A stretch of 64,000 bases of DNA from an uncultured virus (IMG/VR IMGVR_UViG_3300023176_002901). Taxonomy: Duplodnaviria; Heunggongvirae; Uroviricota; Caudoviricetes; Crassvirales. The position numbers and the translations under genes are program-made. Shown piece by piece: positions 15,927 to 25,063 of the stretch; position 1 is the stretch's first letter; each line of letters opens with the position of its first letter. The notes under the pieces were generated by a model, which was not told the origin of the DNA, ran no database searches, and was given only the letters and a program-made list of their open reading frames with translations. The DNA is taken from the IMG/VR virus record IMGVR_UViG_3300023176_002901; one strand, given 5' to 3'.

Positions 15927-16505
15927 ATGTCAAATTCCACTTTCAAAACCTTATCCGAGGTAAGTATCAAGGGTAAGACCGAACGCAAGGGTAATCTTGA
16001 TTACCTCTCTTGGGCAACAGCATGGTCTATGCTCAAGCACCACTATCCCAATGCTCAACGCATTGTATATGAAGACCAAGCCACCGGCTTGAACTTCTTT
16101 ACCGATGGCCGTAGTGCATATGTCAAGGTGGGTATTGTCGTTGATGAGTTAGAGCACATCGACTACTTGCCCATTATGGACTACCGCAACAACGCCATTC
16201 CCATTGACAAGGTAACATCCTTCGATGTGAATAAAACCATTCAGCGGTCAACGGCTAAGGCTATTGCGCTCCATGGTCTCGGCCTATCCTTGTGGATGGG
16301 TGAGGACATCGCCGATGTGGCTCCCGTAGTGCAGAGCGCACCCGAGCAACTACCACTAAAGGTTGGCGATGCCAATTGGGAGAAAGTCTCTAAATATATA
16401 GAGGCTAATAAGGGGCTTGGCTCCGATGCCATCATCAAGAACCTTGAGGTTAAGTATAAGATTACTGCCCAAGTGAAGACTGCCATCAATAAGGCTTGCG
16501 CGTGA
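15927..16505 (+). CDS. Sak/DUF1071-type (Rad52-like) single-strand annealing protein
   Basis: YLSWATAW, LPIMDYRN, VNKTIQR..AKAIALHGLGL motifs. Confidence 0.85.
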   Translation: MSNSTFKTLSEVSIKGKTERKGNLDYLSWATAWSMLKHHYPNAQRIVYEDQATGLNFFTDGRSAYVKVGIVVDELEHIDYLPIMDYRNNAIPIDKVTSFDVNKTIQRSTAKAIALHGLGLSLWMGEDIADVAPVVQSAPEQLPLKVGDANWEKVSKYIEANKGLGSDAIIKNLEVKYKITAQVKTAINKACA

Positions 16506-17242
16506 TGCAGAACATCATCGAGAAACTCAACGATGATGCGAATTACTACGGAGAATTGGGGAGGCAGTTCCTCTCCAACTCCGACATTCGCTCACTACTA
16601 AAAGACCCGCGGTCTTTTAAGCAACCACAGCCCGAGAGCAAACCACTCATTGAGGGGCGCTACTTCCACACCCAACTCCTTGAGCCTGAGAAAGTTAAGG
16701 ACATTGAGGTGGTGGATGCATCTACTCGCAACACCAACATCTACAAGGATGCTGTTGCGAAATCCAAATCGGACATGCTATTATTAAGAAGCGAGGCTGA
16801 TGAGATTGACGCCATCGTGTCTGCGATGAAGAGCAACTTCCGGTTTTACGAATTAATCTACGGAGACAACAACGCCTATGAGGTTCCCAATGTGCAAGAA
16901 ATAAAGGGCGCAATGTGGAAGGGCAAGGCTGATGTTGTCAATCACTCCGAGGGTCTTGTGATTGACCTCAAGACCACACAAAATATCGATGACTTCCGTT
17001 GGTCGGCACGCAAGAATAACTACGATAGCCAAGCGTATATATATCAGATGCTCTTTGGTTACCCGGTGTTGTTCCTTGTTGCCGAGAAGGGAACCGGTCG
17101 CCTTGGAATCTATAATGTCAGCGAGGACTTTCTTCGTGGCGGGGAGGAAAAGGTCGAGCAGGCTCTTGATGTTTACCATAAGTTCTATGGCGAGCATGCT
17201 ACTGAAGACATCGATAATTATTTCTTTTCCGAAACCCTTTAA
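16505..17242 (+). CDS. PD-(D/E)XK exonuclease, RecE/ExoVIII-like
   Basis: LSNS, G..FH..LLEP, KGKAD, IDLKTT, Y..QAYIY motifs. Confidence 0.85.
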   Translation: MQNIIEKLNDDANYYGELGRQFLSNSDIRSLLKDPRSFKQPQPESKPLIEGRYFHTQLLEPEKVKDIEVVDASTRNTNIYKDAVAKSKSDMLLLRSEADEIDAIVSAMKSNFRFYELIYGDNNAYEVPNVQEIKGAMWKGKADVVNHSEGLVIDLKTTQNIDDFRWSARKNNYDSQAYIYQMLFGYPVLFLVAEKGTGRLGIYNVSEDFLRGGEEKVEQALDVYHKFYGEHATEDIDNYFFSETL

Positions 17243-17252
17243 TCCCTGAACT

Positions 17253-17534
17253 ATGGCTCAAGAAAAAATCTTCGCCGACGGCTTCATCTTGAAGCGCAGA
17301 GAAAAGGCTCCCGACTTTGTATTGGGTAGTCTCTCTATCAAACTTGAGGAGGCACTCCCCTTCTTGAACAGCAACCAAAAGAATGGTTGGGTTAATCTTA
17401 ATCTTATGATATCCAACACGGGTAAATACTATGTGGAATTGGATACATTTGTCCCTAAGAAACAAGAGGACAATGCTCAACCTGCGGCGCCGACACCAAG
17501 TGTTGCCGTAGACACGGAGGACTTACCATTCTAA
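17253..17534 (+). CDS. Putative ssDNA-binding protein
   Basis: Acidic EDLPF tail; follows the annealase/exonuclease pair. Confidence 0.65.
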   Translation: MAQEKIFADGFILKRREKAPDFVLGSLSIKLEEALPFLNSNQKNGWVNLNLMISNTGKYYVELDTFVPKKQEDNAQPAAPTPSVAVDTEDLPF

Positions 17535-17536
17535 TT

Positions 17537-17561
17537 AGGGGAGGGCGAAAGCCCTCCCTTT
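17537..17561 (+). terminator. Hairpin / terminator
   Basis: GGGAGGGC-GAAA-GCCCTCCC-TTT. Confidence 0.6.
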
Positions 17562-17576
17562 ATAATCTTTAATCTA

Positions 17577-20006
17577 ATGAGCGAGAGTTTAGTAACCATT
17601 TTTAGGAACATCAAGGAGACCGAGCAGCCCTTCTATAGAGATGTGGACTTTATCCTTAATAGAATCAAAGAGGGCGCATCCAAAGAACTCGTAAAGAGAA
17701 TCCGCTTGGAGAAAGAGAAGAGCGTCATCAATGAACTGAAGCAACAACTGCCTGCCGTCTGCTTTAGTGGCACATTCAACAAGAGGCAAGACAGCGCTAT
17801 CCAAGAGCACAGCGGATTCCTCTGCCTTGACTTTGACGGCTACAAAAAACAAAAGGAATTACTCGAGGCCAAGGAGCGCTTGGCCAAGGACAAGTATGTA
17901 TACTCGGTGTTCATTAGCCCGTCCGGCAAGGGACTCAAGGCTCTCGTGCGCATCCCGGCGGAGGTAGACAACCACAAGAACTACTTCAATGCCCTTGAGA
18001 ATTATTTCTCTGATGAGCACTTCGACAAGACAAGCAAGAACATTAGTCGTGTGTGCTACGAATCCTACGACCCACTCATCTATATCAATCACAACTCAAG
18101 CGTATGGACAAGCCTTGAAGACCAACGCTACAATGAGATTGATAAAAAGAAAGACCGACCCACCATTCCAATCACGGATGAGAACAAGATAGTTGACATC
18201 CTAATCCGTTGGTGGGAGAAGAAATATCCCATGGTGGAGGGGCAGCGCAATCACAATGTATATATCCTTGCCGCCGCATTCAATGACTTTGGCGTGAGCA
18301 AGTCTCTCGCTACCTATGTGCTGTCTCACTATCAAACCTCTGACTTTGGGGAGGGTGAGATTAAGAGAACGATTGACTCAGCGTATTCAGCCACCGAGAA
18401 GTTCGGTACCCGATACTATGAGGACGAGGATAGGGTAACCCAAATCAAGAACAAGTTGAGAATGGGTGTGCCAAAAAAAGAAATCCGTCATCAACTTGAA
18501 GAGTCCAATGTTGATGGCGATACTATTGACTTGGTTATCTCTCGCATCGAAGAGGAGCAGGCCGGTCAAAAATTTTGGACAAAGAGCGACAAGGGTGTGG
18601 TTAAGATTGTGCCTATTCAGTTCAAGATGTTCCTCGAGGACAACGGTTTTTATAAATACAATCCGGAGGGCAGTAAGAACTATGTGTTCGTAAGGGTAAC
18701 CAATAACCTCATCGACCACACGAGCGAGAACGAAATTAAAGACTTTGTTCTTGACTATCTGCTTGACCTTCAGGATGCATTGGTGTACAATTACTTCGCT
18801 GACTTCACCCGATACTTCAAGGAAGATTTCCTTACGCTATTGGCGTCTATCGATGTGTACTTCATCGAGGACACCAAGGATGCGGCCTACCTATATTATA
18901 AGAACTGCGCCGTAAAGATTACGCACGACCGGGTGGAGACTATCGACTACCTTGACCTCGGTGGATATGTGTGGAAGGACCACGTAATTGACCGGGTCTT
19001 TGAACCCGTCGATGAACCGACTACTGATTTTGAGAAGTTCATCTGCAACATCTGCAACAACGACACCAACCGGATGAAGAGCATGGAGTCTACCATTGGG
19101 TTCCTGCTTCACGCCTACAAGGATTTGTCGTTCTGCCCCGCCGTCATCTTAAACGATGAGGTCATCAGCGATAACCCTGAGGGTGGTACGGGTAAGGGCT
19201 TGCTCATGAATGGCATATCACAATTAAAGAAGTTGGTAGTCATCGACGGCAAGTCGTTCACCTTCGAGCGCTCGTTCGCATATCAGTTGGTATCGGCAGA
19301 CACGCAGATACTATGTTTTGATGACGTTAGAAAGCACTTTGACTTTGAAAGGCTGTTCTCCGTGGTGACGGAGGGATTAACGCTTGAGAAGAAGAATAAG
19401 GACGCCATTAAGATTCCGTTCAGCAAGTCCCCCAAGATTACTATCACTACCAACTACGCCATCAAGGGCGCAGGCAACTCGTTTGCCCGGCGCAAGTGGG
19501 AGTTGGAGTTGCATCAGTATTATAACAAGCACTACACCCCGCTCGATGAGTTCGGTAAGTTGTTGTTCGGCGATTGGGACGATGATGAGTGGTTGCAGTT
19601 CGACAACTACATGATTAACTGCCTTCGTGCTTACCTACGGACGGGATTGGTGCAGAGTTCGTTTGTTAACCTGAAGATTCGGCAGTTGTCAGCAGAGACA
19701 TCACACGAGTTTATTGAGTGGTGCGGTCTCATCGACGGGAACATAGCATCGGAGGTGATGCTTGCTTTGATTGATGGGCGCAAGGTTTACAAGCATGAGT
19801 TGTACATGGACTTTATCCAAGAGAACCCGGACTTCGCACCCAAGGCTAAGATGACTATCTCCCGAACGAGGTTCAATAAGTGGCTCACATCTTACTGCGT
19901 ATTTAAATCAGAGGTTACGCCCGAAGAGGGGCGCGACTCGCAGGGCAGGTGGATGCGCATGAAGAGCAAGCATGAGTTAGAGAAGAATGGAAAATTTGAA
20001 TTCTAA
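17577..20006 (+). CDS. Primase-helicase (BT4734/VirE-N-like AEP domain, PriCT, P-loop helicase)
   Basis: K..LP...FSG.F, CLDFD, FISPSGKGLK, EGQRN, GGTGKG Walker A, FDD Walker B, ITTN. Confidence 0.85.
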   Translation: MSESLVTIFRNIKETEQPFYRDVDFILNRIKEGASKELVKRIRLEKEKSVINELKQQLPAVCFSGTFNKRQDSAIQEHSGFLCLDFDGYKKQKELLEAKERLAKDKYVYSVFISPSGKGLKALVRIPAEVDNHKNYFNALENYFSDEHFDKTSKNISRVCYESYDPLIYINHNSSVWTSLEDQRYNEIDKKKDRPTIPITDENKIVDILIRWWEKKYPMVEGQRNHNVYILAAAFNDFGVSKSLATYVLSHYQTSDFGEGEIKRTIDSAYSATEKFGTRYYEDEDRVTQIKNKLRMGVPKKEIRHQLEESNVDGDTIDLVISRIEEEQAGQKFWTKSDKGVVKIVPIQFKMFLEDNGFYKYNPEGSKNYVFVRVTNNLIDHTSENEIKDFVLDYLLDLQDALVYNYFADFTRYFKEDFLTLLASIDVYFIEDTKDAAYLYYKNCAVKITHDRVETIDYLDLGGYVWKDHVIDRVFEPVDEPTTDFEKFICNICNNDTNRMKSMESTIGFLLHAYKDLSFCPAVILNDEVISDNPEGGTGKGLLMNGISQLKKLVVIDGKSFTFERSFAYQLVSADTQILCFDDVRKHFDFERLFSVVTEGLTLEKKNKDAIKIPFSKSPKITITTNYAIKGAGNSFARRKWELELHQYYNKHYTPLDEFGKLLFGDWDDDEWLQFDNYMINCLRAYLRTGLVQSSFVNLKIRQLSAETSHEFIEWCGLIDGNIASEVMLALIDGRKVYKHELYMDFIQENPDFAPKAKMTISRTRFNKWLTSYCVFKSEVTPEEGRDSQGRWMRMKSKHELEKNGKFEF

Positions 20007-21277
20007 TGGTAGAGTATAGAGATTATCAAAAGGATATTATAAATAGGGGCAGTGACATCCTTGACAAGCATGGGTTCTTGTACCTCGCTATGGAGGTTCG
20101 CACCGGCAAGACACTCACCTCCCTCGGGATATGCGAGAAGGTTGGAGCGGACCACGTGTTGTTCCTTACCAAGAAGAAGGCGATATCTTCTATCACGGCA
20201 GACCTTGATAAGTTGTGCCCATCGTATGCCATCTTCGTTATTAATTACGAGAGCATACACAAGTTGCCCAATGTGAAGTGGGATATTATTATATGTGATG
20301 AGGCGCACTCCATGGGGGCATTCCCCAAGCCAAGCGGCAGAGCGAAGAAGGTGGCGTCTCTTATATATAAGAACAAATCCAAGGTCATCCTGCTATCGGG
20401 GACACCAACCCCCGAGTCCTACTCGCAGATGTACCATCAGGTGTATGGCATCCCGAATAACCCATTCAGAAAATATCGTAACTTCTATGCTTTTGCCGCC
20501 GACTATGTGCACATTACATCCAAGCGGATTAACGGCTACGAAATCAAAGACTATGGGGGTGGCCTCCGGCACATCCTTGACATGATGTCACCCTATACCA
20601 TATCCTTTACGCAGAAGGAGGCTGGGTTTATTGTGGAGACAACCGAGAGGATTCTTGAGGTGTCTCTACTGCCATCCACCTATAAGATTATAAAGAAACT
20701 CAAGAAGGATGCTGTGGTTGAGGGCAACGACGAGGTTATCCTTGCAGACACGGGCGTCAAGATGATGAGCAAGGTGCATCAGTTGTGCTCGGGGACTATT
20801 AAGTTTGAGAGCGGTAACTCTATGGTGCTCGACCTATCGAAGGCTGAGTTTATCAAGAGTCATTTTGCAGGCAAGCGCATTGGTGTCTTCTATAAGTTCA
20901 AAGAGGAGCTCAATGCCATTAAGAAAGTATTCGGCAAGGATGTAACCGAAAGCCTCGACGAGTTCAACAAAGGGCGTCAGGTCATAGCCTTACAAATCAT
21001 CAGCGGACGTGAGGGTATAAGCTTACGGGAGGCGGATGTGTTGGTGTACTACAACATTGACTTCAGCGCCACAAGTTATTGGCAGTCACGCGATAGGATG
21101 ACCACGAAGGACCGACCCAAGAACGATGTCTATTGGATATTTTCAAAGGGTGGAATAGAGTCAGAGATATACAAAGCGGTAACCAAGAAGAAAGACTACA
21201 CGCTGAATCACTTTAAACGAGACCTCGTAAATTTACTGAATGATGACGGAGCAGCAGATACAGGGCAAGAGGATTAG
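20006..21277 (+). CDS. SF2 (SNF2-like) helicase
   Basis: RDYQ, RTGKT, DEAH, LSGTP, EGISL and QSRDR motifs. Confidence 0.9.
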   Translation: MVEYRDYQKDIINRGSDILDKHGFLYLAMEVRTGKTLTSLGICEKVGADHVLFLTKKKAISSITADLDKLCPSYAIFVINYESIHKLPNVKWDIIICDEAHSMGAFPKPSGRAKKVASLIYKNKSKVILLSGTPTPESYSQMYHQVYGIPNNPFRKYRNFYAFAADYVHITSKRINGYEIKDYGGGLRHILDMMSPYTISFTQKEAGFIVETTERILEVSLLPSTYKIIKKLKKDAVVEGNDEVILADTGVKMMSKVHQLCSGTIKFESGNSMVLDLSKAEFIKSHFAGKRIGVFYKFKEELNAIKKVFGKDVTESLDEFNKGRQVIALQIISGREGISLREADVLVYYNIDFSATSYWQSRDRMTTKDRPKNDVYWIFSKGGIESEIYKAVTKKKDYTLNHFKRDLVNLLNDDGAADTGQED

Positions 21278-21485
21278 GCAACTCGAGGCGCAGGGGTACT
21301 ATGTCATTAAGTTAATAAAGACAAATAAGAACGGCATACCAGACCTCATTGCCATACCTCCAGACTGCGAAGTGCTTTTTTCCGAAGTCAAAAGGCCGAC
21401 GGGAAAGCTGTCGGAGTTGCAGAAGTATAGATTAAAAGAATTAGATAAACATGGATGCAAGACAGAAGTATACCGAGGCGAATGA
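21240..21485 (+). CDS. VRR-NUC domain nuclease
   Basis: GIPDL...EVKRP.GKLSELQ. Confidence 0.88.
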   Translation: MMTEQQIQGKRIRQLEAQGYYVIKLIKTNKNGIPDLIAIPPDCEVLFSEVKRPTGKLSELQKYRLKELDKHGCKTEVYRGE

Positions 21486-21789
21486 ATGTATCATATCGGA
21501 GGAGTTCTTAGAATCAATCCGAACATTCAGAAAGGGAGTAGCCATCAACATAGGTGCGCTATTAGATAAGACCATCCATCAAGTCGACGACAACATGGAA
21601 CTCCCACAACTTTGGGGCGGTGTTGTTGATAATGACGGCAGTGATTTTTATTTTAGCATAGAGGTTTGGTCGCAAGATGACGGAGAGAATACCGCCATCA
21701 TAGGCATACAAGAGATAAGCCTTGACGACTACCTCGATTTAATTAACTCTAATAGATATCTACATGAACGAGTGGACGTATGTAATTAG
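21451..21789 (+). CDS. Hypothetical acidic protein
   Basis: ORF in operon; start uncertain. Confidence 0.65.
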   Translation: MDARQKYTEANECIISEEFLESIRTFRKGVAINIGALLDKTIHQVDDNMELPQLWGGVVDNDGSDFYFSIEVWSQDDGENTAIIGIQEISLDDYLDLINSNRYLHERVDVCN

Positions 21790-22297
21790 TACGATTAACG
21801 CAGTTCTTGGCGTTGATATACTGAATGGACGCCGCAACAGGGAATTAGTTGATGCGCGTACTATCTTCTATTACATCATGAGAAATGATTTCAATAAGAA
21901 GGTGTCGGCCATAGGGAAGCATGTGTACAAGCACCATGCTACGGTCCTTCACTCGCTGAAAAGTTTTGATATTCTAGTTAAGTCTGATAGAAAGTTTAAG
22001 GAGGACTATCAAAAGGTTGTGTCTGCCCTCAATGGGGCAGAGGAAGTCGGAGTGCTATTGACCGAAGATGAGATTAAAAAAATACAAGAAGAAAATTCTT
22101 ACTTGCTGAGTCACAATGAATTACTAACTTTAGAATTAGAAAAGAAATCCAAGACAATAAAAAAGTTAGAAAACGATATGCTCAAGTTTTCATTTTATAT
22201 GCCATTGTTTGACAGGATTTCTTATGCCGCCCCTCAAGGAAAAGAAGAGGAGCTCATGAAGAAATTAAATACTTTTTTGAATGGATTACAACTATAA
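21764..22297 (+). CDS. DnaA C-terminal (domain IV)-like HTH protein with coiled coil
   Basis: R.RELVDAR.I..Y...IG....KHHATVLHS resembles the DnaA R...V.ARQ...IG..F.RDHTTV.H pattern. Confidence 0.75.
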   Translation: MNEWTYVISTINAVLGVDILNGRRNRELVDARTIFYYIMRNDFNKKVSAIGKHVYKHHATVLHSLKSFDILVKSDRKFKEDYQKVVSALNGAEEVGVLLTEDEIKKIQEENSYLLSHNELLTLELEKKSKTIKKLENDMLKFSFYMPLFDRISYAAPQGKEEELMKKLNTFLNGLQL

Positions 22298-22508
22298 CAA
22301 CATGGAGGAAATCATCGCTAAGAAGTGGTGCAATAGATGCAAGGTTCATAAACTATTGGAGATAGATGCGCGCCTATATACTCAACTCGGGAAGACCTCC
22401 AGCAAGAAAGAGAAGCAAGAGGTTAAGCGCATGTCTAAAAAAATTTACACAAATATCAATAAGATAGACCCTGAAATTGGGAAGATATTGTTATCTTCAA
22501 TGGATTAA
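22281..22508 (+). CDS. Hypothetical basic protein
   Basis: ORF in operon. Confidence 0.7.
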   Translation: MDYNYNNMEEIIAKKWCNRCKVHKLLEIDARLYTQLGKTSSKKEKQEVKRMSKKIYTNINKIDPEIGKILLSSMD

Positions 22509-22518
22509 ATAACTAAGG

Positions 22519-22716
22519 ATGCCCATACACCACATTCATAGTCAGAAAGTTTCAAGCATAAATCACCTAATGAGGGAGCTCAACTCCCTAACGGATGACA
22601 TATATGAATCATTGATGGATGAGGACCACGAGTCCGCCGCCAATGCAATGACTATATTAATAGCGCAGGTGTCCGGCATCCTTGAAGCATTGAAGGATGG
22701 GCAGGAAAACGGTTAG
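22519..22716 (+). CDS. Hypothetical protein
   Basis: ORF in operon. Confidence 0.7.
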   Translation: MPIHHIHSQKVSSINHLMRELNSLTDDIYESLMDEDHESAANAMTILIAQVSGILEALKDGQENG

Positions 22717-23725
22717 GCTTAGGCTCAAGAACGAAGAGTATGAGTTAGTCCAAAGCCATAGGGCTCTAAAGGAAGAGTGCGAACGCCTCGGTATTCCGGT
22801 CGAAAGCATAAATCACTATTGGCATAAGGGGAAGCACTTCTCTATGCACTCCACCACGAACAACCCCTCCGTGTCGTGGGATGATATCAAAGATGGTATC
22901 ATAAAGGAGATGAAGACGTACTCCCCGAAGTACGAACCCATCAAGCGCACCAAATCAAAAGACCCTCACTGCTTAGTCATAGACCCAGCGGATGTACACA
23001 TAGGAAAGCTGGCTACATCATTTGAGACCGGAGAGGAGTACAACTCCCAGATTGCAGTATCCAGAGTCAAGGAGGGAGTGCAGGGAATCCTTGACAAGTC
23101 AAGCGGATTTAACATAGACAAGATTGTTCTCATCGGAGGCAACGACATCCTGCACATAGACACACCGCGTCGCACCACAACATCAGGAACCCCACAAGAT
23201 ACGGATGGAATGTGGTATGATAACTTCTTGACTGCCAAGCAGTTGTACGTGGACATCATAGAACAGCTCGTTCAAATAGCTGACGTTCATTTCGTATACA
23301 ACCCGTCAAACCACGACTATACCAATGGTTTCTTCTTGGCTGACGTTATCATGACGTGGTTCCGAAGCCATAAAAACATAACCTTCGACTGCTCCATAAG
23401 CCACCGCAAGTACTTTCAGTATAGCAATAACCTTATTGGAACTACGCACGGAGACGGAGCCAAGGCTCAGGACTTACCGTTATTGATGGCGCAAGAGTCA
23501 CCCGATATGTGGGCATCTACAAAGCATCGGTATGTATACACGCACCACATACACCATAAAACATCTAAGGATTTTATTGGTGTGACCGTAGAGAGTTTGC
23601 GTAGCCCAAGTGGCACGGACTCATGGCACCACCGAAATGGCTATCAGCATAACCCTAAGGCTATAGAAGGATATATACACCACCCAGAACACGGCCAAGT
23701 GGCGAGATTAACTCACATATTTTAA
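22697..23725 (+). CDS. Calcineurin-like metallophosphoesterase
   Basis: DVHIG, GND, SNHD, HGD and HHIH motifs. Confidence 0.85.
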   Translation: MGRKTVRLRLKNEEYELVQSHRALKEECERLGIPVESINHYWHKGKHFSMHSTTNNPSVSWDDIKDGIIKEMKTYSPKYEPIKRTKSKDPHCLVIDPADVHIGKLATSFETGEEYNSQIAVSRVKEGVQGILDKSSGFNIDKIVLIGGNDILHIDTPRRTTTSGTPQDTDGMWYDNFLTAKQLYVDIIEQLVQIADVHFVYNPSNHDYTNGFFLADVIMTWFRSHKNITFDCSISHRKYFQYSNNLIGTTHGDGAKAQDLPLLMAQESPDMWASTKHRYVYTHHIHHKTSKDFIGVTVESLRSPSGTDSWHHRNGYQHNPKAIEGYIHHPEHGQVARLTHIF

Positions 23726-23978
23726 GGAATGGACAAAGAGACGAGAGAAAAATATTTACAGTTTGCTTTGGTGGTTGCAATAGATATACTACTTTGGGTG
23801 TGGATTATTAAATTCCTTACACTCTAATGAAATCAATCGAAACGTATAAGCTTGTTGGCAGCCTGCACCTGCTGCCCTATGTGACTATTTGTTATGATAG
23901 TTTAATTTGCGAAAAGGCAATCACAATTGGGTGGCTTTGGTGGGGTATATCCATTGTAAAAAAAGATTCCCTTCACCT

Positions 23979-24146
23979 ATGAAATACCGCGTTCATTATA
24001 CCTACTTTGACCAAGCCGTAAATAAGGCAGCGAAATGGGAGCAGAGAGAAAAGGACTTTGAGACAAAAGAAGAAGCTCGTAATTTTGTAAAGAAGATAGA
24101 TTGGAACGTATCAGTTCGTAACGTAAACATTCAGCCAGTGCCATGA
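23979..24146 (+). CDS. Small hypothetical protein
   Basis: ATGA-coupled within a run of micro-ORFs (23729-24297). Confidence 0.6.
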   Translation: MKYRVHYTYFDQAVNKAAKWEQREKDFETKEEARNFVKKIDWNVSVRNVNIQPVP

Positions 24147-24284
24147 GCGACTATAAATTTCTCTACTGGGATGACCCCGGGGATAGTCAAGATGATGTAG
24201 ACAATCAGGAAGCCATCAAGCGTATGGAGATTATCATGCGCAACGGAAACTCGGGCGTCCATTACGACATCTACGAGGACGAGG

Positions 24285-24509
24285 ATGAAGATTCCTAATC
24301 CTAAATATGTAGAGGGGGAAACCTTTATCGTTGATGGGAAGAAGTACTTAGTTCTTGATTACCTGATGGTCACAAAAAAGTTTCAGGTGTCAGAGCAGTT
24401 CTCTTATTATACCATACAAGACCTACAAACAAACAAGGTGTACCAAATGCCTTGGTCCAAAATACAAAACACAGAATCACGCTACGCAGGAATCCTCCGA
24501 TATGAATGA
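24285..24509 (+). CDS. Hypothetical protein
   Basis: Coupled ORF. Confidence 0.65.
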   Translation: MKIPNPKYVEGETFIVDGKKYLVLDYLMVTKKFQVSEQFSYYTIQDLQTNKVYQMPWSKIQNTESRYAGILRYE

Positions 24510-24870
24510 CCCAAAACACTTCGACTATTTCGCTGACCATCCATCATTAAGGGGTGAGGCTAAAATACCAATGAACGCAGACGAGCTCTTTCGCTCGGTC
24601 GAACAATGGGCAGTGGCCAGAGGCCTTGACGACCCAAAGAACAAAAGCAAGCAGGCGCTCAAGGTTATGGAGGAGGTTGGTGAGACCATGGCCGCCATGG
24701 CTCGAGGCAACAAGGCCGCACTCAAGGATGGCATCGGTGACTCTATGGTCACGCTAATCATATTGGCTATGCAGTGTGGACTATCTGCTAGGGATTGCCT
24801 GGCTTCTGCTTACGATGAAATCAAAGACAGGAAAGGCAAGACTGTCAATGGCGTATTTATAAAGGAGTAA
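24502..24870 (+). CDS. MazG-like NTP pyrophosphohydrolase
   Basis: Q..K..EEVGE...DGIGD..VTL...AYDEIKDRKG..VNGVFIK. Confidence 0.85.
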   Translation: MNDPKHFDYFADHPSLRGEAKIPMNADELFRSVEQWAVARGLDDPKNKSKQALKVMEEVGETMAAMARGNKAALKDGIGDSMVTLIILAMQCGLSARDCLASAYDEIKDRKGKTVNGVFIKE

Positions 24871-24877
24871 TCCTCCC

Positions 24878-24950
24878 GCGCCTTTAGCTCAGTGGTTAGA
24901 GCAGTGGACTCATAATCCATTGGTCGTAGGTTCAAATCCTTCAAGGCGCA
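24878..24950 (+). tRNA. tRNA with CAT anticodon, probably tRNA-Ile2 (lysidine) rather than Met
   Basis: Cloverleaf, loop CTCATAA, C4:G69 and C5:G68 pairs, discriminator A; one T-stem mismatch; CCA not encoded. Confidence 0.85.
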
Positions 24951-24954
24951 CACC

Positions 24955-25027
24955 GCCCCCATAGCTTAATGGATAGAGCAACGCACTTCTAATGCGTAGG
25001 TTGCTGGTTCGACTCCAGCTGGGGGTA
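24955..25027 (+). tRNA. tRNA-Arg(TCT)
   Basis: Cloverleaf with ACGCA-CTTCTAA-TGCGT anticodon arm; CCA not encoded. Confidence 0.92.
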
Positions 25028-25063
25028 CAAAGTGTAAAATAAAAACACCACAAAGTGTAAAGT

